64,000 nucleotides of DNA from Rhizodiscina lignyota. Taxonomy: Eukaryota. Under the pieces are notes generated by a model. It saw only the letters and a list, made by a program, of their open reading frames with translations, was not told the DNA's origin and did no database searches. The position numbers and the translations under genes are program-made. The stretch spans positions 558,001 to 622,000 of the forward strand of contig ML978132.1 of NCBI GenBank assembly GCA_010015805.1, written 5' to 3'. This document shows, in pieces, positions 1-12,379 of this stretch. Positions within the stretch are counted from its first letter, which is position 1, and each line of letters starts with the position of its first letter.

Positions 1-74
1 GGGTTGTTTCTGTTACGACCGGTTCGATTCGAGCGAAGATTAGAGGAGGGAGGACGATGGCGTGGCTTCGCCAT
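1..74 (-). CDS. possible 5' end of a gene running off the left edge (MAKPRHRPPSSNLRSNRTGRNRNN...)
   Basis: Minus-strand ATG at 74, open to the window edge, with a TATATA-like box ~90 bp upstream (163-170). No homology recognised. Confidence 0.3.
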   Translation of the reverse strand, partial: MAKPRHRPPSSNLRSNRTGRNRNN

Positions 75-971
75 GTAATTATTCACACCCTCCGTCGGGA
101 TAAAGCAGCTAGCTTACTGAACTAATCGTTTGCCAAACATGTGGGCTTAGATTGTGGTTAGATATATATCGTTTAGTTTAATTGGGGCCAGGTGGTACTT
201 ACTAGTGCATATGCTACTATTCTTCCAACCTTCGTCTCCTTTCCAAGCAGCCATATTTCACTCCCGGAGGACAAGAGCAGGAATTTGCTCAGCACTCTTA
301 CTAGTGGTTGGCAGGCTACGAGTACCATAGGGCCGTCTGGAACTATAGTCGGCCGATTGCCTGCTCAGATTTCGTACGCGCTCCGAGGGACTCATGGCAG
401 GAAGTTCCCAGCGCGCTATTCGCATACGTCGTCATCACGGCAAGTCCCATCCATCTTGGGCAGTGTAGGCTCCGCGTAGACGTTACCGTCACGACTGGGC
501 ATACTTTTACACATTCAACGAAGAGGGGCCAGGCATAGCGAGAACGATAGGAGTTGGATTGGGTATTGGGCAACCGGCTCCGGCAAGGCAACATTTCCGG
601 GAGATACATGCACGACTTCGATGCCAGGAGGCTCATTGAACACTGGTGAAGAAGTTATTATGCATATTTTCCCAAGCTAAGGCAATATCGTTGAACGAAA
701 CATGTGTAAGAGAAGCAAAATGCTATGTCACGTCCGGTCAGAACTCGGCATGACTAACTGAACAGAAGATGCTTCTAAAGAGGAAGCCATTTAGAATCAA
801 AAATGAGAATAAACTCAACGTGGTGACTCTCCTTCAACCGCTCTCCACCCTACCCCCACCCATGACTCCAAAGATATGTGGGCTCCGATTAGTGTATCTT
901 TTAGCATTGCTCTATTTCCAATCATCAAAACTTTTTATATGACAAGTCGCTATGCATCGCTATGCATGTAA

Positions 972-2757
972 TCATGAATCGAGGAAGGTAAAGAGATTCG
1001 TATGAACGACGTTCAACGCACGGTCGGCGTCACGCTCTTCGATCACACACGAGATGTTGATCTCGCTAGCACCTACTTCGAGTGTCAATTCTGATTCCTG
1101 GGGCCATTGGGAGCTCCCATGATAGTCGAGCTTACCTTGAGATATCATCTCAATATTGATATCATTCTCTCCCAAAACGGAGAAGAATTTTCCCGATATG
1201 CCGACCATATTCTTCAGCTGCTTGCCCACCAAGCTCACAATGGCCATCTCGCCAACCAGGTCAATGGCGCCAAACTTCTTCAAGTCAGTGATAGCGCCAT
1301 GCAGGTCTTGGTCCTGGATTTGGAGTTCCTCCTCGCCACCACCGCTCAGCATTGCCGATTCCGAGTGCAGTGCCATGGAGACATGCACCTCGCTGGAGGA
1401 AATCAGATCCACAGAAAGATGCCACTTATCCAAGATGGAAAAGATGTTCATGAGGAAGCCATGTGCACGGGTGCGCTTGTTACTGTGAACGTTCAGAACA
1501 ACAATGTTGTGCTTGATCGTGACGGCAGTGGGCCTCTTCGGGCGCTGCCCATTGGCTACCAGATTGCTTGCAGAGCGTGTGCGGAAGAGAGGGTTCTTGA
1601 CCACCAACTGATCTTCGGCATCTGGGTAGATGACGGTGCCTTTGATGCGAGGGTTCATAACATTCTTAATCCGGATTGGAATCTTAGCACGGATAACTTG
1701 TTCCATGGTAAAGGGGTGGATAACCTCCGAGCCATAGAATGTCAATTCAGCGGCCTCTGATGGTGTGACAGAATCGAGAAGATGCGCCGTGGCCACCTTG
1801 CGAGGATCGGCAGTGAAAATTCCGTCAACTTCCTTCCAGATCTGAAGCTCCGAAGCACGCAGGCCCACGGCAACAAGAGCGGCACAAAGATCAGTGTACC
1901 CACGTCCAACAGAGGTCAGTAGGCCTCCTGGCACGTTTCCAAAAAATCCAGTGATGACCGGTACTTTGTCGCCGCAGGAGCGCACCACGTCTACAAAGGT
2001 ATCGGCAAGGCGTGTATAGAATTCCTCGTCCAGCCCTCCGTGACCCTCGTATTTGATGACGCTGGCGAGGTCAACATACTGTGCAGGGACTCCATTGTCG
2101 TTGAGCACAGCAGTCATGTACTGACAGCTCAGTTGCTCCCCCTTGCCAACGATCATGTCCTCAGCCCGGTTGCTCACTTCTCCAATGTATTGTGTGGACT
2201 CGAGGATCTTGACGAGGCCCTGACATTCGTTGTTGATGTCCTTCTCGAGCTTTTCAAGGACCTCAGGGGAGCGAATGGTCTTGTGCGCGGTCTCGAGGTG
2301 GTCGATTCGGATTGCTTCGACGATTGAGTCATACTTTCGAGACTTGGCCGTCTCTGCTTCACGGGCAGCGCGCAGAAGACTAATGAATTTTCAGATCAGC
2401 TCTCTGCATCAGGTGGGGATCGTACTCTTATTCGAAGTGCCCGTTGCGTGATGGGGTCGGTACGTACCGGTTGGTGGTGCCCTCAGCTTTTGTCTTGCTG
2501 CTACGAGCAGAACAGACGATGGCAATGCGCTTGTCTGCGAGGCCCGCTCTGCATATCATCAGCAGATTATTCCAATGTCATGTACGCCAGACTTACTGAA
2601 CAATGTCCGCTATATTGAGGGCGAATTTTCCCACACTCGTCCCGCCAAATTTTTGCACCACCCAATTCCCCCCGCCTGGCAGATTTTTCTCCATTGTGTG
2701 GGGTATTGAGTCGGTCTCGCTGTATGTGTGCCCGTTGGCAAATTCAGAGGAGCCCAT
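972..2757 (-). CDS. HOM3: aspartate kinase (multi-exon)
   Basis: VVQKFGGTSVGK, VCSARS, GRGYTDLCAAL and KEVDGIFTADPR motifs plus C-terminal ACT domains (SQGASEINISCVI); GT-AG introns at ~2550-2596, ~2380-2468 and ~1072-1136. Confidence 0.97.
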
Positions 2758-2885
2758 TGTCACAACAACTTGTACAATGCTGCTCGCGTAGTGTGGTGTG
2801 TGAAGTGTAAGGAATGGTTTATGGCAGCTTCGGCCCTGATGGCTCGAAAGAGGCACCGACGATGACTGGCGAGCTGCCCAGATCC

Positions 2886-2892
2886 TGACTCA
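2886..2892. promoter_or_regulatory. Gcn4/CpcA-type site TGACTCA in the HOM3/ADE13 divergent promoter
   Basis: Exact TGACTCA(T) ~130 bp upstream of the HOM3 ATG. Amino-acid and purine genes are classic cross-pathway-control targets. Confidence 0.55.
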
Positions 2893-3215
2893 TGTCGGCC
2901 GCAGTCCCGCTCCTGCGACGCCCCGATCTCTGAATCGTAAAATCTTTTCGCTGCTTCCGATTTTATATCGCAGACAGGCTTTTCTGATTCTCAATTAGTA
3001 CTTTCATCTTTACGACGAAAGATCACTCAATTGACTGAAGGTCTCGAATAGCAGGCTCTTGATTACGAGACGCTGCCTGATAAATATTTCTGGCTCAAAA
3101 GCATCCTGCCGGGCTACCGTTTACCTTTTCAAGCTACTCCTCCCTTTGCATACAAAGGCCCTTGACTTGTTCTCGTTTACCTCTCGTAAGGCTAGTCAGC
3201 ATCGCCGACCTGAAA

Positions 3216-5015
3216 ATGGCTGACAACGACACCTACGTGACGCCTCTTTCAACGAGGTACACCTCTCCTGAGATGAAAAAGGTGGCAAAATCTTGATTAC
3301 ATACCCTCCCAGCATCATCTGATTCTCTTCTCAGATCTTCTCAGCCCGCCATAGATTCAGTACTTGTGAGTTATCATTAACGCAATGAAGGAACTCACCT
3401 GCTAATTCTCTCTTAGGGCGGCAACTCTGGATATGGCTGGCCGAAAGCGAGAAAGAGCTGGGACTGGACGGCATCACCGATGAAGTCAGTATCCATGTTC
3501 CGGGTATTCTCCGCACTCCGGAGGTTCGGAGTTCTGACATGGTGCTTTATGACAGGCGATCGAGCAGATGAAGGCACATCAGGTGATCCAGGATGATGAG
3601 TTCAGAATTGCTCAAGAGGAGGAGAAGCGGAGGCGCCACGATGTCATGGTAAATACACCATATCCGTCCCCAAATTCCAAATGTTCATTTCTGCCAGGCG
3701 CATGTTCATACGTTTGGGGTTGCAAGCCCGGCAGCCGCGGGTATCATCCATCTCGGAGCCAGTAAGCCATCTCACGAGCAATAGCGGCGCGAAAGAGCAG
3801 TGACAGCTGATGTTCCAAAGCCTCCTGTTTCGTGACAGATAACGGCGACCTGATGCACCTTCGTGATGGGCTGAATCTCCTCATACCAAAGCTTGCGATG
3901 GTGATCAAGCAGCTCAGCGACTTCAGCATGAAATACAAGGACCTCCCTTGCTTGGGCTATACTCATTATCAACCTGCACAACCAGTCACAGTAGGCAAAA
4001 GGGCGTCTCTCTGGGTTCAGAGTCTTCTCCGTGATTTGCGGAACTTTGAGCGGGCGTTGGCAGACCTGCTCGGCGAATTCAGGGGATGCAAAGGTTCATT
4101 CTACCATCCCGATACTGAATTGATTCATAATTATTTATACAAACAGGCACCACGGGCACCCAAGCTTCCTTTCTCCAGCTGTTCAAGGGCGACCATAACA
4201 AAGTCGAACAGCTCGATGAGCTGGTCTGCAAGAAGGCCGGATTCGACGCCCCCGTTCCCGTGTCAAATCAAACGTATGACCGCAAGATTGACGTCGACGT
4301 TCTGAATGCCCTCGGCTCGTTCGGTGCGACGTGCATGAAGATTGGCTCTGATATTCGGCATCTGGCACACCGGAAAGAAGTTGAGGAGCCGTTCGAGAAG
4401 GACCAGATCGGATCATCGGCGATGGCGTATAAGCGCAACCCGATGCGAAGCGAGCGGCTATGCTCTCTCGGCCGTGAACTGATGAGCTTCCCGACTCCGG
4501 CAATGAACACTTTTGCCACTCAGTGGCTCGAGCGCACTTTGGATGACTCTGCGGGAAGGCGCATCTATCTTCCTGAGGCATATTTGACGGCGGATGCCTG
4601 CCTGATAATACTCCTGAACGTGACAAACGGCCTTGCAGTCTATCCGGCCGTGATTCAGCGCAATCTAAACGACGAGTTGCCTTTCATGGCAACCGAGAAC
4701 ATCATAATGGCACTCTCGGCCAAAGGCGTGAGCAGACAAGAGGCACACGAGGAGATACGAGTTCTGTCTCATCAAGCTGCTGCAGTGGTCAAGCAGGAAG
4801 GCAAGGACAACGACCTCATTGAACGTATCAGGCAGACTCCCTTCTTTGATCCTATAATCCCCGAACTGGAGAAGCTTCTGGATCCGAAGACGTTCATCGG
4901 AAGGGCGCCAGAGCAGGTAGATCGGTTCGTGAACGGAGCGGTAGAGTCGGCGCTTAAAAAGTATAAGAATGCTGGGGTGTTTGAGGGATCTAAGGGGGCT
5001 GATTTGAACGTGTAA
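3216..5015 (+). CDS. ADE13: adenylosuccinate lyase (multi-exon)
   Basis: [29 protein letters not shown] and the [16 protein letters not shown] signature; several short introns in 3282-4146. Confidence 0.97.
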
Positions 5016-5267
5016 AAGCTGGAGACTAGTGAACCGATTCGAACCATGACTCATTCTACGCGTCTCTACATGTATCAAAGGAAATTACAAGCGTTGTATG
5101 ACTGAGAAGCATCTGCCTTACAGCAAAAGTCTAACCGGCACCTGCCGAAGCTACTGGTGTTACTATGCTGTGATCGTGACGTGGCCACAGGTCTAAGCAA
5201 CACTACAACTTCACGTCCACACCGTTATTTGGCTGCTGCGGTCCGCCGTAGTCTTGGCATTTCTGAG

Positions 5268-5664
5268 TATATATCACTTCGAGGTTTCTCCATCTTTCCT
5301 TCTCTCTCCCCAGTAGGCAAAGGTAGGTCCAAGCCCATGGCATGTGCTCCCCTCCCCTTTGCAAGACCATGGCGCCCATACTGACTGGGTGCAACCCTTT
5401 GAGGTATACCTCGCACCCAACACCCACGGTTGTCTTCCTGAGCCGTTGTGTCCCGCCTCGCGCCCCACCCTTGTGCACCGCCATCGCCTGGCGGACAGGC
5501 AGACATAAAAAGGAGTTTTTTTGGAACCTCATCAACATCCCTTCAAAGGGATACACAATTTTTGGAAACCCCCCCAGTCCCAAAAGGGACACAACCTTAT
5601 TTCGCCATCTCAACTTCGCCGTTGGGCTTCCCCCTGGCACGGGGAACACCTTTTTTTTTTTTTT
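5268..5664 (+). ncRNA. unidentified structured element (candidate ncRNA or structured intron) with tandem Sm-like sites
   Basis: TATATAT 5268-5274, CT-rich tract, at least 7 short hairpins, GTTTTTTTGG (5515-5524) and AATTTTTGG (5557-5565) each followed by a CCC/GGG hairpin, and a T14 run. Lies between convergent genes. Confidence 0.4.
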
Positions 5665-5755
5665 CATTGACGCATCTGCCTTGAGCGGATTGTTGACGAA
5701 GAAACACTTTTTTTTCATTGACGCATCTGCCTTGAGCAGATTGTTGACGAAGAAT
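5644..5755. repeat. ~51-bp tandem duplication
   Basis: T-run + CATTGACGCATCTGCCTTGAGC(G/A)GATTGTTGACGAAGAA occurs twice (cores start 5665 and 5716), with one substitution. Confidence 0.95.
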
Positions 5756-6104
5756 GAAGAGGATCTCTTTGCTTGCTTTCTTACCTGACTTTGTCTGTCC
5801 ATCTCTTTGTATTACGCGTGGACATGTGTGAAGGCTTGTAGTGAGATGAGAGAATAGATACAGCGCGTCCCATGCTTGAAGGTGTTTTAGAGTAGTGGCA
5901 TACGTATACAGGTCTGCCATAGTACAGAAACAAATGCATATAGAAAATCAAAATAACGTAGAGAAGAGTCGCCAATGTGGATATCATTAATCGAGCAGTC
6001 ATTAGATTTTCAGTGTGAGTTTCCGCAGGTTGGGTCTCGCCTCATTGGCCACGCATGAGAGAGCGCGAATTTGACACGTTCAAAACATTCTGTGAGGCTG
6101 CCCT

Positions 6105-6902
6105 TCAAGGCCGCGCTGTCGAGCTCTCCCAAGCACCTCTAAATACCTTGACCAACTTCTCACTCTCCCCTTCATCACGTATTCTCTGCATTAGAAATCC
6201 CTTCAGGTCGCCCCAGAACTCTTCGGCCTTGAGCACCTCCACACCACTCGCTCCTTGTGCTACCGGCGCCGCGGGTGCAGTTGAATCAATATCCATCTTG
6301 TCCTTCTCCGAAACAGGCGACGTTACCGCTGCCGCCCCGGGCATAAGCATCACACTGAACTCTACCACAATCTCCTTTGCTAGATCTTTCTCGCTCGTCC
6401 CCTCAGCCCCGCCTCCCTCGGCTAGTACGTCTGCTAAGCTCTTGCTATCTGGTACAGGCTTCCTCGAGCGCAGAATCTTGATTTTGGACGTGTCTAGTCC
6501 TCCGGCTTGGGTGGCATATGCGGTCTTGAGGTCATAGACACTGGTTGTAGGCGCTTGGGAGGGGAGTGTGATGGTTGGGTTGCCAGCTTTCATGGGCTTG
6601 AGAGTTACGGTAAGGCCGCCTGATGGTGCTGTGGCATCTGTCGTTGCGGATTGAGCATCTGTGGCGGGTTCGGTACGCCTTCGTTTTGCATTGGGGAGGC
6701 GAGGAAGGATGTACTGGGGCTATATTCAGTGTCTATTGCTATATTGCTAGAATTGGAGAGCAGTCGAATGCATATACGAAATGGCACATACGGCTGATTG
6801 GGCGGGATACGTCTTTGCGTCAACGACATTGTCGCTGGATATCTTGACTGGCTTCGCATCGAGCGCAGTGAGGAATTGTTTCGCGAACGACAGTTCAGTC
6901 AT
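6105..6902 (-). CDS. GET5: Get5/Mdy2-like ubiquitin-like protein (2 exons)
   Basis: MTELSFAKQFLTALDAKPVK N-terminus, UBL-like core (KIKILRSRKPV), C-terminal FWGDLKGFLMQR; intron 6714-6791. Confidence 0.8.
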
Positions 6903-7384
6903 CTTGGCCTCGGATCGAATTAATATGTCGGTCGCGATGGGTTGACGTCGGAATATGTGGAGTAGACTAGGGCTGAAGTCGGCGAGTCCCTCGGCGTTGT
7001 TCCTGCAGCGCAATGTGACGTGATCTTTCCGCGTCAGATGCGCCGGTCGAGAATTTTGTGAGCAAGAGTCATCAACCTAAGTTCGTTCCTATTTATTCCA
7101 TTGCTATAGTCCTGCTTCACGAATTTTTAATAAATCGTGTTCACAGTGCGTGTTCTCCGTTATTGCCGTTTCTCGGTGGAGTCATCCCACTCCAATTAGG
7201 AAAGCCTACTCCGTCATTTTAGTATTGAATTAGAAACCGACGACTTTGTCCTAAGAATATATAAATTTCCGACTATCGTCTTCAAGTTGAGAAGACCAGA
7301 CTACAAGCTTCCACCAGTTGGAGTTGCTCTCAATCACCACCTCCATATCTCTCAGTCTTTCCAACCCCTCCAAAGCCCGCCACG

Positions 7385-8914
7385 ATGAACGGCGATCCAA
7401 CAGACGCACAAGATATCATACCGCGCGTAGACAAGCTCGCACGTTCAGTCTCAAACAGCTGGAACAGTCTCTCGACCTCTCCTTCCCTTGCATTCCATCC
7501 TCCACAGCTCCGCCGACCCTCGACCGTCACGAAGCCGCTCAAGCCATTCGAAACCAAGAACATCAAAGTGCTTCTGCTGGAAAATGTCAACAAGACAGGA
7601 CAAGATCTGCTCCGGGAGCAAGGGTATATTGTAGAAGCTCTGAAGACTTCACTGCCAGAAGATCAATTGATTGAGAAGATACGGTACGAGTTTCCTCCAT
7701 TCCATTGTGAGGCGGCTGAAATACCAAAACTAATGCAATCATCCTTGATGTAGAGACGTCCATGTAGTCGGTATTCGCTCAAAGACCAGACTCACTGCCA
7801 AAGTCCTCCGCGAGGCAAGAAATCTCATAGTCATTGGAGCATTCTGCATTGGCACCAACCAAGTCGACCTTGAGTTTGCAGCAGAAAACGGCATCACGGT
7901 CTTCAATTCGCCCTTCTCCAACTCTCGCTCGGTTGCAGAGCTCACTATCGCCGAGATAATCATGCTCTCCCGCCAAGCCGGCGATCGCTCAAACGAACTA
8001 CATAATGGGACGTGGAATAAAGTTTCAGCTGGGTGCTGGGAAGTTAGAGGGAAGACGCTGGGTATCATTGGTTATGGACACATTGGCAGCCAATTGAGTG
8101 TGTTGGCTGAGACAATGGGAATGGGTGTCGTGTATTACGATGTCCTGACTATGATGGCCATGGGCACTGCTAGGCAGCTTCCCAGCCTGGAAAAGGTTCT
8201 CGCCGAGGCGGACTTTATTACACTGCATGTGCCTGAGCTGCCAGAGACGAAGAACATGATCGGTGAGAAGCAGTTCTCACAAATGAAAGATGGCAGCTAC
8301 CTCATCAACAACAGCCGTGGAACCGTTGTGGATATCCCGTCATTAATTAATGCTTCAAGAAGCGGAAAGCTCGCGGGTGCTGCGCTTGATGTGTATCCGA
8401 ACGAGCCTGGTGGCAATGGCGACTATTTCAATAATGATCTGAATACCTGGACAACTGACCTCCGCAGCCTGAAGAACATTATCCTTACACCGCACATCGG
8501 CGGCAGCACTGAGGAAGCGCAATCAGCCATCGGCGCGGAAGTCGGCCATGCACTCGTCTCATACGTCAACGAAGGCTCCACGACTGGCGCCGTCAACATG
8601 CCAGAAGTCAGTGTGCGAACTACAGAGCCGAACCTTGCACGCGTGCTGTTCATTCATCAGAACGTACCTGGCGTGCTGAGGAAGGTGAACACCATTCTGG
8701 CGGACTACAACATTGAGCGACAGAAGAGTGAGAGCAGAGGGAAGGTCGCATATTTGATGCTGGAAGTTAGTGGAGCTGGGGAGCAGGAGATTGCTACGCT
8801 ATACAAGGAGTTGGAGAGCGTGCAAGGTGAGCATTTTCATGCAGTTCATGATCATCTAAACTGTCTAGCTGACTTGACCTCGTAGCATGCATTCGCACGC
8901 GTGTGCTCTATTAG
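7385..8914 (+). CDS. SER3: D-3-phosphoglycerate dehydrogenase
   Basis: VGIRSKT, FCIGTNQVDL, GIIGYGHIG and ILTPHIGGSTEEAQ motifs with C-terminal ACT domain; introns ~7684-7753 and ~8828-8885; GAGTCA cores upstream (~7066, ~7179). Confidence 0.96.
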
Positions 8915-9600
8915 ATGAGAAGTCTCACAACGAATTTGCATTACCTGGAGTATAGAAGGATGAGAATCAACTTGGATGGACTTGCCATAGCATTCAACAT
9001 GGCGTTTCTGATCACACACAAAAAGGGGTCTTTTGGTGGCGCAGGCGGAACGGCTTTCCGTGAAGGTGTGCGAGTACATCAGGTATAGAATTCCCAAGAA
9101 ACACATATCGCAAGAAGAGTCGATACCTCAAGATTTTCATTATAGATCAGTGGAGGCCACTTGCGCAGTCCGCGGAGTGACTATTACCGTTTTAGGAATA
9201 GCGAGATTTTCGTCTTTGGTGAGCTTTCGAGCTGGCCAATACTATAGAGGCCGGCGTTCGAGCACCGCCATCACAGCCTCAAGGCTCATTCCGCAAGGGG
9301 GCCGAACACTCTAAAGAAATAGGATATCACCGCCACAATCCTACACGAAGCCTCCATTTGCAGAGATATCGTCCCAATCTCCAAATTCTCTCACGCCGCC
9401 ATGGAAGGGGCGTCACATCGAGAGAGCACCATAGTCGCAAGTATAATTACTTTCCTTCTCCCACGGTCCTCGTGCAATTCAAACAGTTGATCTACAAATT
9501 TTCTCGCCTTCTATCAATTTCGTTGCTTTCATCTTCGCCAATACTTCAAGTCGCCATATTACAGTCAACCCGTAGTTCACTCGATCTCCAAAACCACAAA

Positions 9601-10023
9601 ATGATATCCACAATAACCGGGTCGCAAATGCCCATTTGCCTACCTAGCACCCTCTCCACTCTCCCAGACAGGATAGGCTCAGCCTGCGGCATCGCCGTTC
9701 AGGCATTCGAGGGCGTAGCCTCCAACTCCAGCGCCGCATTGCACTCCTGCTGTCACGGTGCGCCAGTCGTTCAGTTCGACAGTGGCTGCGGGCTCTACTG
9801 CGAAGCGAAGAATCAGACCACAGACCAATTGAAGGATTGCCTGATGCAGAATTTTAGCCCGCTGCAAGGGATCTCTGGGCCGATTGTTTGCACCTTGAAG
9901 AACGCGACGTCAACGCCGACGCCTGGCGCTGCCGTGGCTTTGAGAGGGGAGGGCGTTTCGAAAGGCGCGGTGATTGCGGCGGCGGTCGTTGGAATCAGCT
10001 TTCTTGCTGGTCTAGCGATATAG
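9601..10023 (+). CDS. small Cys-rich protein with hydrophobic (GPI-like) C-terminus
   Basis: 140 aa, C..C..CC..C..YC..C..C pattern, S/T/P linker and terminal hydrophobic tail; ATG follows a CT/CA-rich leader. Confidence 0.65.
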   Translation: MISTITGSQMPICLPSTLSTLPDRIGSACGIAVQAFEGVASNSSAALHSCCHGAPVVQFDSGCGLYCEAKNQTTDQLKDCLMQNFSPLQGISGPIVCTLKNATSTPTPGAAVALRGEGVSKGAVIAAAVVGISFLAGLAI

Positions 10024-10114
10024 GATTGTTGTATTAAAGGTTGAAGACGATGCTGGCCTCGAAATTGTACATGCTTTAGAGATACCAGATTTAATCGTAA
10101 TACTTAAAGACATC

Positions 10115-12379
10115 TCAACCCAGCACGACATCGATCTCCTCCACATCTTGCCGGTGCCAAGCTTCTTTCCAAACTCTGCCCAAAGCCTTTCTGTACGCTA
10201 CATCTCCCTTCCGCTCGATCCAAAGAACGTTGTAGAACTCGTACAAGGCCAATTCCTTAATTTCGTCGATGGATTTCCACTCTGGAAGCCATACTTTCGC
10301 CAAGTCAATCTCGTCTCGGCGAGCAGATCCAGCCGAGATAATGATAACTTCGCAAGTCTCTCCTTGAATCAAGTCCTCCCGGCTAGACACATTGGAATGT
10401 ATCATCCCTGCCCATCGGTCCGTTGCATCAACGAGAGAAAATGACAAGCATGAAAGAACGAGGTCATTCCAAACATTGCTCCGGTGTTGGTACTGCGGTT
10501 CTCCTTCTACTACTGGGCCCGAAACCAAAAAACAGCGCGACGTTCGAAAATTTAAATGAATGTCCCATACTGCAAGATTCTGGGACAACGGGTTGGTGGA
10601 AACTGGTAGAGGCTGAGAAAATTTTACATCTGGTACATCAATATGCCGGAATACCGGGAATCCATCTGAGATACCGGTCAAGGCCGATGTGATACCGGTA
10701 AGGCCGATGTTGGAGTTCGATGTATGTCTCTTGACCATCCAGACGGCAGCGGTATGGAATCGTCTCTTCTCATCAATTGGAACATATTATACGTATTGTC
10801 ATACAACATCTTTCGCCAGTTTGCCGAGAAGTCTTATACCACGTGACCATTGGAGTGATCTCGATGGCTACTTCGAGGTCAAACTCCTCCTCCTCATGGA
10901 TCTGGTGACCCAGTAAGGAACTTGGGCTTATTTCTCCCTCCCAACTTACCCACGACCAGCTTGGAAACGGGCCCCTGCGCCTCTTTGTGGGATAGTTTGG
11001 TTTCCACAAAAGTGCGAAATCAAAGTAAAACTCCGGCATTCCGTGGCAGAATCCCCCTGGGAAGGATAGGCTTAGCGAATTAAGGATCGCTGAAAACGCC
11101 TTGATGACATCGGTCTGATAGGTAAGGAGTCGGTCATTGTATGATGTGACGAGTCTGTTATATATGCGGAAGTTTGGCCACTGGAGGAACTCAAAATTGT
11201 ACCGGCCGCCACCTGCTGCCATTTTCGATGTGTGAGGCTTTCGCTGGAGATACACCATCTGGCGCATCGGCAATCTCTTCTGTCCATACGGACTGGCGGC
11301 ATTCCCAGAAGATCTTTCCTTCGAAAAAGACGATATTTCGATTAGAGAGAGTCCTTTCTTGGAATGTCCAGCCACGCCGGTGCCATTCTCGTCTGTTGTT
11401 ATGGGTCTCAAACTCAGGCGCTTGTAACATTGAACACTTTTCAGTGAACTTCAATATCGTCGGGTAAAAGGACCGTGGATTAAATGTCTCGGGAATGCCT
11501 CTGAGGCCGTAGTTTGCATCAGCACCATCGACAGCGATGATGGTGAAGCAGGAGTGTGCATATATTGAGCCCATCCAGTTTAGTTGATGGGCTTGGTCAA
11601 GCTCGTCATTTTGGATTATACACAGCCTGTCAACCCAGAGAAACTGCTTTCCCATTAACTTTGTGAATGTTATGGCATCGTGTATGGTCTTGGGCAGTCG
11701 GGCGGTTCAGGGCTGTGAAGCCAGAGCACCAGTCTGCTGGAGGGCGTGGAAGTTCTCTTTTGTCGTCTCCAAGGTATCAGGGATTTGGCCCCAGACATAA
11801 CTTAGAGCGACATATTGCTCGGCCTGCGATGTTGCAGTTAATTTCCAGTTCACCACGTCTATGAGAATTATCGTGGGGGGCCTATCCAGAGTTTTCCGGT
11901 CTGTGAGCCCATGACAGAAATTCTGGTGGTGCGTATCGCAATAGGATATCCAACGACGGATTCTCGAAACATCAACCCAGTTTGGATCGATTGGTAAGAA
12001 GTGTTTTTCTGTTGCACATATTGTACGTGATGGAATCAATATAAGGCACCTGTGTATTAGTGCGCAACGACAATTCTGACCGGAATGTATCAGTAAATCA
12101 TATTGATTACATATCAACGAAACTTACTTGGAGGATCCAGAATCTTCCGCTAGACGCCATTCGCGAGAATACCAGATCACATGAATGCTCCAGTGTATTG
12201 TGCGGTTGAGAGATGAAATATTTGACCACAGATTGACAAGCCGCACAGTGTGCGCGCTGTTGAAATCCCGCAAAATTTCCAACAGGAATTTCGAAATCGT
12301 CGTCTAGGAGGCCAGCCTGCCAGTCATCCACAGCTTGAGCAATGGCTTCGCATACGGTGCAAGTACTTTCCGGATCCAT
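10115..12379 (-). pseudogene. HET-domain (heterokaryon incompatibility) gene, disrupted
   Basis: YVALSYVWG, LPKTIHDA, LWVDRLCIIQ, WHRRGWTFQE and FPSWSWVSW motifs; in-frame TGA at 11707-11709, frameshifts near 11230 and 10800, and a 20-bp duplication at 10670-10710. Confidence 0.85.

Noticed and set aside
3282..4146. Weak ADE13 splice sites (GTGGCA, GTTCAT donors; AAG acceptor) as a special mechanism
   Set aside because: All keep GT-AG and restore the conserved protein; within normal fungal variation.
5300..5660. Identification as U1/U2/U4/U5 or telomerase RNA
   Set aside because: No ACTTACCTG at a 5' end, U2 branch-recognition sequence, U5 loop I, U4/U6 pairing region or TAACCC template is visible; only the Sm-like motif matches.
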